A stretch of DNA of 64,000 bases. Origin: Anaeramoeba ignava BMAN. Taxonomy: Eukaryota > Protista > Anaeramoebae. Shown here in pieces: positions 38,265 through 50,495 of the stretch. The DNA is taken from the NCBI GenBank assembly GCA_028826165.1, contig JAPDFW010000143.1, forward strand, positions 53,278-117,277, written 5' to 3'. Position numbers and translations under genes: made by a program. Under the pieces are notes generated by a model. It did not search any database and was not told the DNA's origin. It saw nothing but the letters and a program-made list of their open reading frames with translations. Numbering within the stretch: position 1 is the stretch's first letter; each line of letters opens with the position of its first letter.

Positions 38265-38724
38265 CATTATCATATTCATTATCATTTTCATCATTTTCAT
38301 CATTTTCATCATCATTTTCATCATTTTCATCATTTTCATCATCATTTTCATCATTTTCATTTCCAATTTCTAAATTATTTTCATTTAAATTTTCATCATT
38401 TTCATCATTATCATCTTCATTATCATCTTCATTATCATTATCATTATCATCTTCATTATCATTATCATTATCATTATTTTCATCATCTTCATTATCATTA
38501 TCATCTTCATTATCATTATCATTATCATTATCATTATCATCTTCATTATCATCTTCATTATCATTATCATTATTTTCATCATCTTCATTATCATTATCAT
38601 TATCATCTTCATTATAATCATCATTATCATCTCCATTATCATCATTTCCATTTAAATTTCCATTTAAATCTTCATTATCATTTTCACTATCATTTTCAAT
38701 TATTAAATTATTTTCTTGACTCAT
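37936..38724 (-). CDS. Highly acidic D/E/N-rich protein with a C-terminal transmembrane helix (tail-anchored)
   Basis: The ORF has a unique start (MSQENNLII) and a unique hydrophobic end (FLKSFLSLFGLIILFYTIYV). Confidence 0.6.
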
Positions 38725-38990
38725 TTTAATTTGTGTGTTTTTGTGTGTTTTTTGTGTGTTTTTTTTTTAAAAAAAGAAATTTTTTTTTAACGCAAATAAT
38801 AAAAAGAAAAAAAAAAAGAAAAAAAAGGAAAAAATGAAAAATAAAAGAAGAAAAAAAAAAAATTTAAAAAAAGAAGAAAAATTTTGCTTTTTATTTAAAA
38901 GAAAAAAAAAAAAGTAAAAAAAAAATCAAAAATTGGAACTCTTTTTCCAAAAGAATTGGAATGAAAATTTTTAAAAAAAAAGAAATAAAA

Positions 38991-39310
38991 TCATCTCTTC
39001 ATTTCATCATCATCAAAATCATCAGGAAAACCTTTAAAAAACAAAAACAAAAAAATATAAATTTTTAATTAATTTTTTTAATTTATTTTTTTAATAAATT
39101 TTTTTAATTAAATTTTTTAATTTATTTTTTAATTAATTTTTTTATTTAGAATTTATTTAGAATTTATTTACTGTTATGAAAATCTTTGTGTAAAATTTTT
39201 TCCATTGATCTTCTTTCCATCATTTCAACTAATGCAACAGGATCTGAATCTCCATCCATCATTTGTGCTAACATATATGGATCCATATCTTCAAAACCCA
39301 TCATTTCCAT
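38991..39310 (-). CDS. COPS9: COP9 signalosome subunit 9 (CSNAP/MYEOV2-like), 59 aa, 2 exons (39310-39172 and 39031-38991)
   Basis: MEMMGFEDMDPYMLAQ...LHKDFHNSFPDDFDDDEMKR*. The acidic F/D C-terminal motif and small size match CSN9. It is absent from the ORF track. Confidence 0.75.
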
Positions 39311-39715
39311 TGTAAATTTCTTTTTAAAAAATAAGTATTCAAGAATTTAAAGAAAAAATTTGAAAAAAATGAAAAAAATGAAAATGAAAAAAATATTTTT
39401 TTAATTTATTTTTTTTATTTTCTTTTTTATCCGATTTTTTTTTTGTTTAATTTAATAATTTGATTTAAAATAATTTCTTGAAACTTTTTTATAAATTCTT
39501 TTCTTTCTTTTTTATTCATTTTTCTTTTAATTTTTTTATCAAAAAAAAACAAAAAAAAAACAAAAAAAAATTATTATTTTTGTTTTTCAATTTCTTTCTT
39601 TGATTGAATATGTTTTAATAAATATTTAATTGGTAAATTTATTCTTTTTCATTTTGATGTATAAATTTTAATTATAATTGAAATATTATTTTTAATTTTG
39701 ATTTTGATTTTTTTT

Positions 39716-41128
39716 TCAACCAAGTTTTAACCATAAAATAAGAATTGAAATTAAAATACAAAAAATAAAAAAGCCAATATAAGTTTTCAAAAAATGTTTG
39801 AAACTAATGTATTTAGATGTTTTAATTAAATGAAACATAACTTTAATTGTTGCTCCATTTGACCATTTTGTTGAATTCTATTTAAATTTTTTTTCCGATT
39901 TGAATTAAATTAAATATTAAATATTGAATTAAAAATTGAATATTAAATTGAATTGAATTGAATATTAAATTGGATATTGAATTAAATATTGAATTGAATT
40001 GAATTGAATTGAATTAAATATTGAATATTGAATTGAATTGAATATTAAATATTAAATATTGAATTGAATTGAATATTGAATTGAATTGAATATTAAATTG
40101 AATTGAATTGAATTGAATTGAATTGAATATTAAATTAAATTGAATATTGAATATTGAATCGAATATTGAATTGAATTGAATTGAATTAAATTGAATTGAA
40201 TTGAATATTGAATTGAATATTGAATACTGAAAATTGAATTGAATATTGAATATTGAATTGAATTGAATATTGAATTGAATATTGAATTGAATATTAAATA
40301 TTGAATATTGAATATTGAATTAAATATTAAATATTGAATTAAATATTAAATATTGAATTGAATTAAATATTGAATTGAATGTTGAATATTGAATTGAATT
40401 GAATATTGAATTGAATTGAATATTGAATTGAATATTAAATTGAATATTAAATTAATTGAATTTCCTTCGTTTTAAAAAATTACTCTATAATGTAATAAAT
40501 CAAGAACACGAGCAACATAACAATGGCAATTATTACAAAGAAAACTATATTTTTGTTTATTAAACTCATCTGTAGCAATTTTAATTGCATTATCCAAATC
40601 AATTTGTTGGTCTTGAATAGTTCTTAGAGTTTGAGATTTATGATTTAATTTAAGCTTAGAAAATTTAGTAGGATTTCCAAAAGCCATTCTATCAATACTA
40701 ACAAAATAAGAACCAGCATAATCATAAATAATTCCTTGAGAATTACAAATCCCAACATGACCAATAAATGGAACAATCCAAGAAACAATAGGAAGTGGTG
40801 TCCAAACAATACAAAAAGGATATCTTTCTGAATTTTCTTTTTGGATTGAATCCAATTCTTCAAAATATTCATTTTCATTAAAATTTCCATTTAAATTTTC
40901 AGTTGAATTTACATTTGAATTTCTATTTAAATCTATATTTAAATTTTCAGTTGAATTTACATTTGAATTTTCATTTAAATTTTCATTAAAATTTAATTTT
41001 ATATTTCCATTTATATTTTCATTTATAGTTTCAACTTCAGTTTCAAATTCAGTTTCAACTTCAGTTTCAAATTCACTTTCCAAATTTTTTGATTGAAATT
41101 TCTCTAATTTTTTAATTTCTTTTTCCAT
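39716..41128 (-). CDS. TMEM222: TMEM222/RTE1-like (DUF778) membrane protein, 2 exons (intron 40483-39878)
   Basis: RYPFCIVWTPLP...PFIGHVGIC...YDYAG...NNCHCYVA. Exon 2 adds the C-terminal TM segment. Confidence 0.88.
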
Positions 41129-41224
41129 TTAAAATAAAAAAATAAAAATAAAAATAAAATTCAAAAAATTTTTTTTCATTTTTTTATTTTTTAATAATAA
41201 ATTTTTTTTTTCTATTTGAAAATT

Positions 41225-43452
41225 ATGAATAAAGATGAAGCTGTTAAATGTCGTCAATTAGCTCAACGACTTTATAATGAAAAAAACCTTCCACAAGCTC
41301 TTAGATTTTTTGAAAAAGCTTATAGAATGGATCCAAAACCAGAAATTATGGAAATTATTTCTAAAATAAAAAATGAATTGGATCAAGAATTAAAAAAAAA
41401 AACCGAAAAAGAAAATGAAGAAAAAAAAACAAACAAAAATAAAAAAAATCAAAATAAAAAAAATCAAAATCAAAATGATAATCAAAATAAAAAATAATAA
41501 TAATAATAATATTAATGCAACAAATACTCCAAATGATGATCCTCAAAAAGTTATTGAAATTAAAAAAGTTTTAAAAAAAAAATGTTTATATGAAGTTTTA
41601 GAAGTTGAAAAAACTGCAGATTTAACTCAAATTAAATCTTCTTATCGAAAATTAGCAATGAAATTTCATCCTGATCGAAATAAAACTACTGGTTCTGCAG
41701 AAGCTTTTAAAAGTATTTTTTGACTAATTCAAAAATTTCATTTTCATTTATAATTATAATTATAAATATAATTATAAATATAAATATAAATATAAATATA
41801 AATATAAATATAAATATAAATATAAATATAAATATAAATATAAATATAAATATAAATATAAATATAAATATAAATATAAATATAAATATAATTATAAATA
41901 TAAATATAAATATAAATATAAATATAAATATAAATATAAATATAAATATAAATATAAATATAAATATAAATATAAATAAATATAAATCTAAATATAAATA
42001 TAAATATAAATATAATTATAAATATAAATATAAATATAAATATAAATATAAATATAAATATAAATATAAATATAAATATAAAAATATAAATAAAATATAA
42101 ATATAATTATAAATATAAAATATAAATATAAATATAAATATAATTATAAATATAAATATAAATATAAAATAAATATAAATATAAATATAAATATAAATAT
42201 AAATATAAATATAAATATAAATATAAATATAAATATAAATATAAATATAAATATAAATATAAATATAAATATAAATATAAATATAAATCTAAATATAAAT
42301 ATAAATATAAATATAAATATAAATATAAATATAAATATAAATATAAATATAAATATAAATATAAATATAATTATAGAAATTGGTCAAGCTTATTCTATTC
42401 TTTCTGATGAAACAAAAAGAAAAAGATATGATCAATTTGGTGATGAATCTGAAGTAAATATTTCTACTCCAACTTTTCGTTATAGACGAAATGGAGATCC
42501 TCGACATTATTATTATTCAGAATTTGGACCAGAATTTAATCCTTTTGATCTTTTTGACTTTTTTTTTGAAATGCAAGATTATTCTTCAGGTAAAAATTAA
42601 TTATATAAAATTAATTATAAAAAATTAATTATATAAATTTGATTATATAAATTTAATTATATAAATTTGATTATATAAATTTAATTATATAAATTTAATT
42701 ATATAAATCTAATTATATAAAAAAATTTAATTATATAAAAAAATTTAATTATTTATAAAAATTTAATTATAAAAATTTAATTATAAAAATTTAATTATAA
42801 AAATTTAATTATAAAAATTTAATTATAAAAATTTAATTATAAAAATTTAATTATAAAAATTTAATTATAAAAATTTAATTATAAAAATTTAATTATAAAA
42901 ATTTAATTATAAAAATTTAATTATATAAATTTAATTATATAAATTTAATTATAAAAATTTAATTATATAAAAATTGATTATATAAATTTGATTATATAAA
43001 TTTGATTATATAAAAATTTAATTATATAAAAATTTAATTATATAAAAATTTAATTAGTTCGAATGCAAAATAGAAGAAGAAATCATAGACAAAGAAGACA
43101 ACCACAACAAGAAGAAAGCAACATTATTTCTTTAATTCTTCGATTTTCACCATTTTTACTTTTTTTTATTTTAATACTTTCAACTAAACTTTTTGAGACT
43201 GAAGAAACATTTTCATTTACAAGACAAGGAAATTATGTTTTAAAAAAAGAAACAGAAAATCTTGGAATAAAATATTATGTGAAAAAAGATTTCAAAACAA
43301 CAACACAAGGTTGGATTAATCTTGAAGCTAATGTTGAATATCAATATTTATCAAATCTTAGACAAGAATGTCAATCTGACATGTTTTGGAATAATAATAG
43401 AAAAAATATTCCTCCTTCTTGCAAAGAATATTACAAATATCAAAAAAGTTAA
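41225..43452 (+). CDS. DnaJ subfamily B member 12/14-like (J-domain, TM, DUF1977); introns 41713-42376 and 42590-43057; A-run frameshift near 41490
   Basis: [32 protein letters not shown]|[21 protein letters not shown], then a TM helix and YYVKKDF...LEANVE...C. Confidence 0.88.
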
Positions 43453-43690
43453 AAGTTAAAATTTAAAATTTATAAACCGTTTTTTTTTCTTCTTCTTTTT
43501 TAAAAAAATAATCTTTGAAATTTTTGACATTTTTAAAATTCGAAATTTTTTTCTTTTTGTGAATAAATTAAATTCACTTTTATTTTTACTTTTTATTTTT
43601 TATTTTATTTTGCCAGAAAACAAAATTACAAAAAATTATTTTTCATTTTTTCATTTTTTCATTTTTTCATTTTTATTTTATTTTTATTAA

Positions 43691-46600
43691 ATGGAGAAAA
43701 AAAAAATTAGAAGACAATCAAGAAAATCTATTCAACAATTTAGACCAAGAGCACAACAAAACGCACAAAATCTTACAATTGCAAGAAGAGAAGTGAATAA
43801 AAAAAATTTAAAATCAAATTTAAAATCAAATTTAAAATAAAATTTAAAATCAAATTTAAAATCAAATTTAAAATCAAATTTAAAATAAAATTTAAAATCA
43901 AATTTAAAATCAAATTTAAAATCAAATTTAAAATCAAATTTAAAAAAATTTCAAAATTTAAAATCAAATTTAAAATAAAAATTTAAAATAAAATTTAAAA
44001 TCAAAATTTAAAATCAAATTTAAAATCAAATTTAAAATAAAATTTAAAATCAAATTTAAAATCAAATTTAAAATCAAATTTAAAACCAAATTTAAAATCA
44101 AATTTAAAATAAAATTTAAAATCAAATTTAAAATCAAAATTTAAAAAAAATAAAAAAATTTTATTTAAAATTTATATTTATATTTATTTAAATTATCAGC
44201 TTGAAGCTTACCAATATTTATGTCAATCAGCAGCAATACTTAAATGGATATCTTTAGTTTTAGAAATTGATTTTTTTACAAAAGATTTATTTGAAGATTG
44301 GAATCAAGGAAAAAATAACGTTTTAGCTTCTTTACTTAAAGATGGAACAATTTTATGTCAATTAATCAACAAAATCAAACCAGGAACAATTCAAAATTAT
44401 CATGGATCTCGAATGTGTCAAACTAATAAATTTTTAAGTCTTGAAAATATTATGTTTTTTATTAATTCATCCAAGAAATTTGGAGTTGATCAATCAATTT
44501 TATTCCAACCAACTGATCTTTATGAAGAAAAAAACATGCCTAAAGTTATTTATACAATTCTTGCTTTGGCAAATTGTGTTCTTGAAAATCCTGAATTTGA
44601 TTTTAATATTGAAATTCCTTCTTTATTGGGTGAATTGGAATTTGCAAAACCTGCACTTTTAAAAGCTGCAGATGAATTACAAAATTTTTCAGGAGGAAAT
44701 TTTATTCGTACAAAAAGTTATAAAGAGAAAAAAGAAAAAGAAAACGAAAAAGAAAAAGAAAAAGAAAAAGAAATTCAATTACAAAAAGAAAAAGAAATTC
44801 AATTGCAAAAAGAAAAACAACTTCAACTGGAAAAAGAAAAGCAAATGCAAAAAGAAAAAGAATTGAAATTACAAAAAGAAAAAGAAAAGCAAGTTCAACT
44901 AGAAAAAGAATTAGAGTTGCAAAAAGAAAAGGAAAAACAACTTCAATTACAATTAGAAAAGGATAAACAACTGCAAAAAGAAAAAGATAAACAATTACAA
45001 TTAGAAAAAGAATTAGAGTTGCAAAAAGAAAAGGAAAAACAACTTCAATTACAATTAGAAAAGGAAAAAGAGTTGCAAAAAGAAAAGGAAAAACAACTTC
45101 AATTAGAAAAAGAATTACAAGCACAAAAAGAAAAAGAATTGCAACTGCAAATAGAATTAGAAAAAGAAAAACAATTAAATTTAGAGAAAGAAAGAGAATT
45201 ACAAGCTCAAAAACAAAAGGAATTTAAATCAAATAATAATAATAATAACAACAACAACAACCAAAAAATGGATGATAATACAGAAAAAACAAGCAAAGAA
45301 AATCAAAAAAAATCAAAAACAAAAACTGTTATAAGAATTGATAAATTTTCCATTTTGGTTAATATTAAAACAAACGAAGAAATTCCTAAAGAAAATATAA
45401 AAAAAATGTCAGCTTTAGGATCATTTAATAATTGGTCACAACAACTTGAAATGAAAAAAGATCAATCTGGAAATTTTATTCTTCCTTTAGAATTAGATCC
45501 TACAATTCATACTTTTAGATTTTTGATTAATGATTCAGATTTAGCCAGTATTTTGAAGAAAAAGAAAAAGAAAAAATATATATATATATATATATTATTT
45601 TTATATTTAAATATTTTCATTTTATTTTATTATTTAGTTGATGAAAATATGAAAACAACAATTTCTGAAAATGATCAAATGAAAATGAACAAAATCAATG
45701 CAAAAAAACTTAACAAAAACTTACTAACAACAAATATATCTAAAAATTCTGGAAGTGTTTATAGTTGGGGTTGCAATGAAGATTCCCAATTAGGATTTAT
45801 TGAAAGTATTCAATCAATTAAATTCAAAATTTAAAAAATTAAATTTACAAAATTAAATTTACAAAATTTAAAAATTATCAAGAATCAAAATTTATTAATA
45901 ATCCAATTAGAGTGGATCCACTTATGAACAGAAAAGTTATTTCAATCGCAACAGGAGAATCTCATGTATGTGCTTTAACCAATAGAGGTTATCTTTATTC
46001 ATGGGGAGAAAAGTACAAATTTAATTCAAAAAAAACAAAACAAAACAGAATGATTTATTTGATTTTGTCAATATTTATTATTCAATTATTATTTCAGTAT
46101 TTTTGGAGAATTAGGCCAATCTCATAAAACTGCAGTTTTGAGTCCAAGAATTATTGATGGTTTTTCAGGAATTTCAAATGTTTTTTGTGGAACAAATCAT
46201 ACATTTTTTATTCATAAAAATCAAGTTTATGGATTTGGAAGAAATGATAACGGACAACTTGGTCTTGGACATAAACAACAAGTTTTTTCTCCAACTCATA
46301 TTCAAGCACTTGATGAACATCGAATTTCAATGATTGCAGCAGGAAAATCTCATACACTATTTGCATCTGGTACTTAGAATTAAATATCCTCTTATTTTTA
46401 TTTTATTATTTTGGATCAATTAAAATATTCTAATTTTTATCAATTTTATTATAGATGCTGATAAGTTATTTTCATGTGGATTTGGTAAAATGGGACAATT
46501 AGGTTTTGGTGTTGTAGTTGAGGAATCAAAACCGAAAATGATTAAATTTTTTAAAGGAACAAGAATCAAGAAAATTTCTTGTGGAGAAAATCACACACTT

Positions 46601-49600
46601 GTTTTAACTTGTAAATTAATTTTCCAAAAAATATTGAAAATGAAAAAAAATTTTAATTCAAAAAAAAAAAAATTTAATATATTTTTTTCATAAAATAATG
46701 TAATAGTTTCAGGGCAAGTTTATGGATTTGGTTCAGGTTCGCCAATTAAATTCAATTCAATTCAATTCAATTCAATTTAATATTCAATATTCAATATTCA
46801 ATTCAATATTCAATTCAATTCAATATTTAATTCAATTCAATATTTAATTCAATTCAATATTTAATTCAATTCAATTCAATTCAATTTAATATTCAATTCA
46901 ATTCAATTCAATTCAATATTCAATTCAATTCAATATTCAATTCAATATTCAATTCAATATTCAATTCAATATTCAATTCAATTCAATTCAATTCAATTCA
47001 ATTTAATTCAATTTAATTCAATTTTTATTTTAATTTTTATTTTAATTCAATTTTTATTTTAATTCAATTTTTATTTTAATTCAATTCAATATTCAATTCA
47101 ATTTTTATTTTAATATTCAATTCAATTCAATTCAATTTAATTCAATTCAATTCAATATTCAATTCAATTCAATTCAATATTCAATTTAATTCAATATTCA
47201 ATTTAATATTCAATTTAATTCAATTAAATTCAATTCAATTTAATATTCAATTCAATTCAATTCAATATTTAATATTTAATTCAATATTTAATTCAATTTT
47301 TATTTTAATTCAATTTAATATTCAATTCAATTCAATTCAATATTCAATTCAATTTAATATTCAATTCAATTCAATTCAATATTCAATTCAATTCAATTCA
47401 ATTCAATTCAATTCAATATTCAATTCACATCAATTTTTATTGTAATTCAATTCAATATTCAATTCAATATTCAATTCAATATTCAATTCAATATTCAATT
47501 CAATATTCAATTAAATATTCAATTCAATTCAATATTCAATTCAATTCAATTCAATATTCAATTCAATTTAATTCAATTTTTATTTTAATTTTTATTTTAA
47601 TTCAATTTTTATTTTAATTCAATTTTTAGCAATTCATGGAGAATTCGGATTTTCTTCTAAAAAAAATCTTCATGCACCAAAAAAACTTGAATTTTTCCAA
47701 AATATAAAAGTGATTGATATTTCTTGTTTTGGAAATCATTCCCTTATAATGACAGAAAAAGAAGTTTATTTTCTTGGAGAAATTTATGGATACAAAGAAA
47801 TTTTCACAAGAAAAATTGAGGAATTTAGCGGCAAAAAATTAGTTTCAATCAAATCAGGAATGAATATAAATGGGATATTAACATTAAATGATCAAACAGG
47901 TCTTCAAGAATTAAGTGTTATTAAAACAGTTCCAAAACAAATGAAACAAGAAAATCAAGGAATTGATGGAATTGAAGTGGATGCTGTTTCAAATGAGAAA
48001 TGTGGAAGTATAAAACAAATTTGTTGTGGAGAACAATTTGTGGTTATTTTAAATGAAGAAAGTGAAATATTCTTTCTTGGCAAGTCAGAAAATGGAGAAA
48101 ATGGATTTGGAGAATTGAGAAAAGAAACACAAACACCAGAAAAAATCACATTTTTCAATCCGATAAAAATTGCAAAAATTTCATATGGATTTTATCATTC
48201 ATTATTTTTAACCGATGAAGGTCATGTTTATTCAAGTGGCTCAAACGAGCATGGCCAACTCGGGATTGGGGATGAAACAAGCAAAACAACATTTCCTCAT
48301 TTGATTGAAAGTTTATTAGGAAGAAAAATTGTGGAAATTTCAGCAGGAAGAACCCATTCAATGGTTCTTTCAGAAAAAGGAAAAGTATATGTTTTTGGAT
48401 CAGGAATTTGTTTGGGATTGAAAAACATTCAAAAAGCATTTTTCCCGCTTCAAGTTGTTGAAGGATTAGAAAATGAAGTGATTGTGGATATTTCAGTTGG
48501 TCATTCACATTCTTGTGTGATCAATCAACATGGGAATTTGTTTACTTGGGGAGTTGGACAATTTGGAATTCTTGGGCATGGAAACACAAATGATTATAAT
48601 TTCCCCAAAAAAGTTGAATCAATTGAAGATTTGTGTGTTATTTCAGTTGATTCTGGAAATTGTCATACTGCTGTTTTAACTAAAGATGGTGTTGTTTTTA
48701 TTATGGGTGGTGGTTGGTCTGCTGAAAAAGATGTTAAGGATGATTTGCTTGAACCTCAACTTATCCAATCTCTTCTTGCTCATCGTGTTGTTCAAGTTTC
48801 TTGTGGTGGATTTCATACTCTTGCTTTGACCGATACTGGAAATGTTTTTTCTTGGGGTTTGAATAATAAAGGGTATTATTATTATTATTTAAAAAAAAAT
48901 TGGAAAGAGAAGAACGAATTTATTAATTTCTTTTATTTTCTTTTTATTTTCTATTTCTTTATCTTTAGGCAATTGTAATGTTTCTTTTAAAAAATATTTA
49001 AAACATTTAAAACCATTTAAAATTATTTATAACATTTAAAATATTTAAATTATTTATAATATTTAAATTATTTATAACATTTAAAACATCTGAAATTATT
49101 TATAATATTTAAAATATTTATAATATTTAAATTATTTAAATTATTTATAACATTTAAAACATCTGAAATTATTTATAATATTTAAAATATTTATAATATT
49201 TAAATTATTTTAAAATATTTATAATATTTAAATTATTTAAAATATTTAAAAACATCTGAAAATATTTAATAATATTTTAAATTATTTATAATATTTAAAA
49301 ACATTTAAATTATTTATAATATTTAAAACATTTAAAATATTTAAAACATTTTAAAACATTTAAAACATTTTAAAACATCTGAAAATATCTGAAATTATTT
49401 ATAATATTTAAAATATTTAACAATATTTATAATATTTAAAATATTTAAAAACATTTAAAACACATTTAAAACATTTAAAACATTTAAAAATATTTATAAT
49501 ATTTAAATTATTTAAAATATTTATAATATTTAAAACAATTAAAACATTTAAAATTATTTATAATATTTAAAATATTTATAATATCTAAAAGCATTTAAAT

Positions 49601-50407
49601 TATTTTATAATATTAAAATTATTTTAAACTTAAAATTATTTAAAACATTTAAAACATTTAAAACATTTAAAATTATTTATAATATTTTAAAATATTTATA
49701 ATATCTAAAAGCATTTAAATTATTTATAATACTTAAATTATTTAAAACATTTAAAACATCTGAAAACATTTAAAACATTTAAAACATTTAAAATATTTAA
49801 AATATTTATAATAATATTTAAATATTTTAAATTATTTATAATATTTAAAACATTTAAAACATTTAAAACATCTGAAAACATTTAAAATATTTATAAAATA
49901 ATATTTAATAACATTTAAATTATTTAAATTATTTAAATTATTTATAATATCTAAATTATTTATAATATCTAAATTATTTATAACATCTAAATTATTTATA
50001 ATATCTAAATTCATATTTTTTTAGAGGTCATGGCGATTATGAAAATGATTCTAAACCAAAATTAATTCAAAAATTAAAAAATAATCAAATTAAATCTGTT
50101 TCTGCTGGTGATTTTCATTCTTTAGTTCTTTCTGAAAATGGAGAAATTTTTAGGTAAAATTCCCAAAAAAAAAAAAATTTTTTTTTCATCCTTTTTTTTT
50201 TAAATTAAATATAAATTATTTTCTTTCTGTTTTTGTTTTTTTTATTAAAAAAATAGTTGGGGAAGTTGTGATTATGGTCAATTAGGTTTGGGAAGAAAAA
50301 ATGATGAAATAAGTCCACAATTAATTACAGAATTACAAGAAAGAAAAGTTTTTTTCATTTCTTCTGGTCAATCTTTTTCAGGATGCATTACAAATTCTGT
50401 TATTTAA
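43691..50407 (+). CDS. Multidomain protein: IQGAP-type calponin-homology domain, E/K/Q coiled coil, CBM48/AMPK-beta-like domain, RCC1 repeats
   Basis: CH: LEAYQYLCQ...LKDGTILCQLINKIKPG...FQPTDLYEEKNMPKVIYTI. CBM48: GSFNNWSQQLEMKK...FRFLIN. Many RCC1 motifs (GRNDNGQLGLG, ISCGENHT, GSNEHGQLGIG). Confidence 0.82.
46737..47629 (+). repeat. Intron filled with an (ATTCA)n pentamer satellite
   Basis: GTTCGC donor and TAG acceptor. The same sense-strand unit fills the TMEM222 intron. Confidence 0.8.
48975..50024 (+). repeat. 1050-nt intron with an (AAAACATTT/ATTATTTATAAT)-type satellite
   Basis: GTAATG donor and TAG acceptor, downstream of a 6-nt microexon. Confidence 0.8.
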
Positions 50408-50495
50408 TTTCTTTTAATTTCATTTCAACTTTTTTTTTTTTAATCTTTTTCTTTCCAAAAAAAAAATAATAAAATGAAAAATGGAAAATTTAAAA

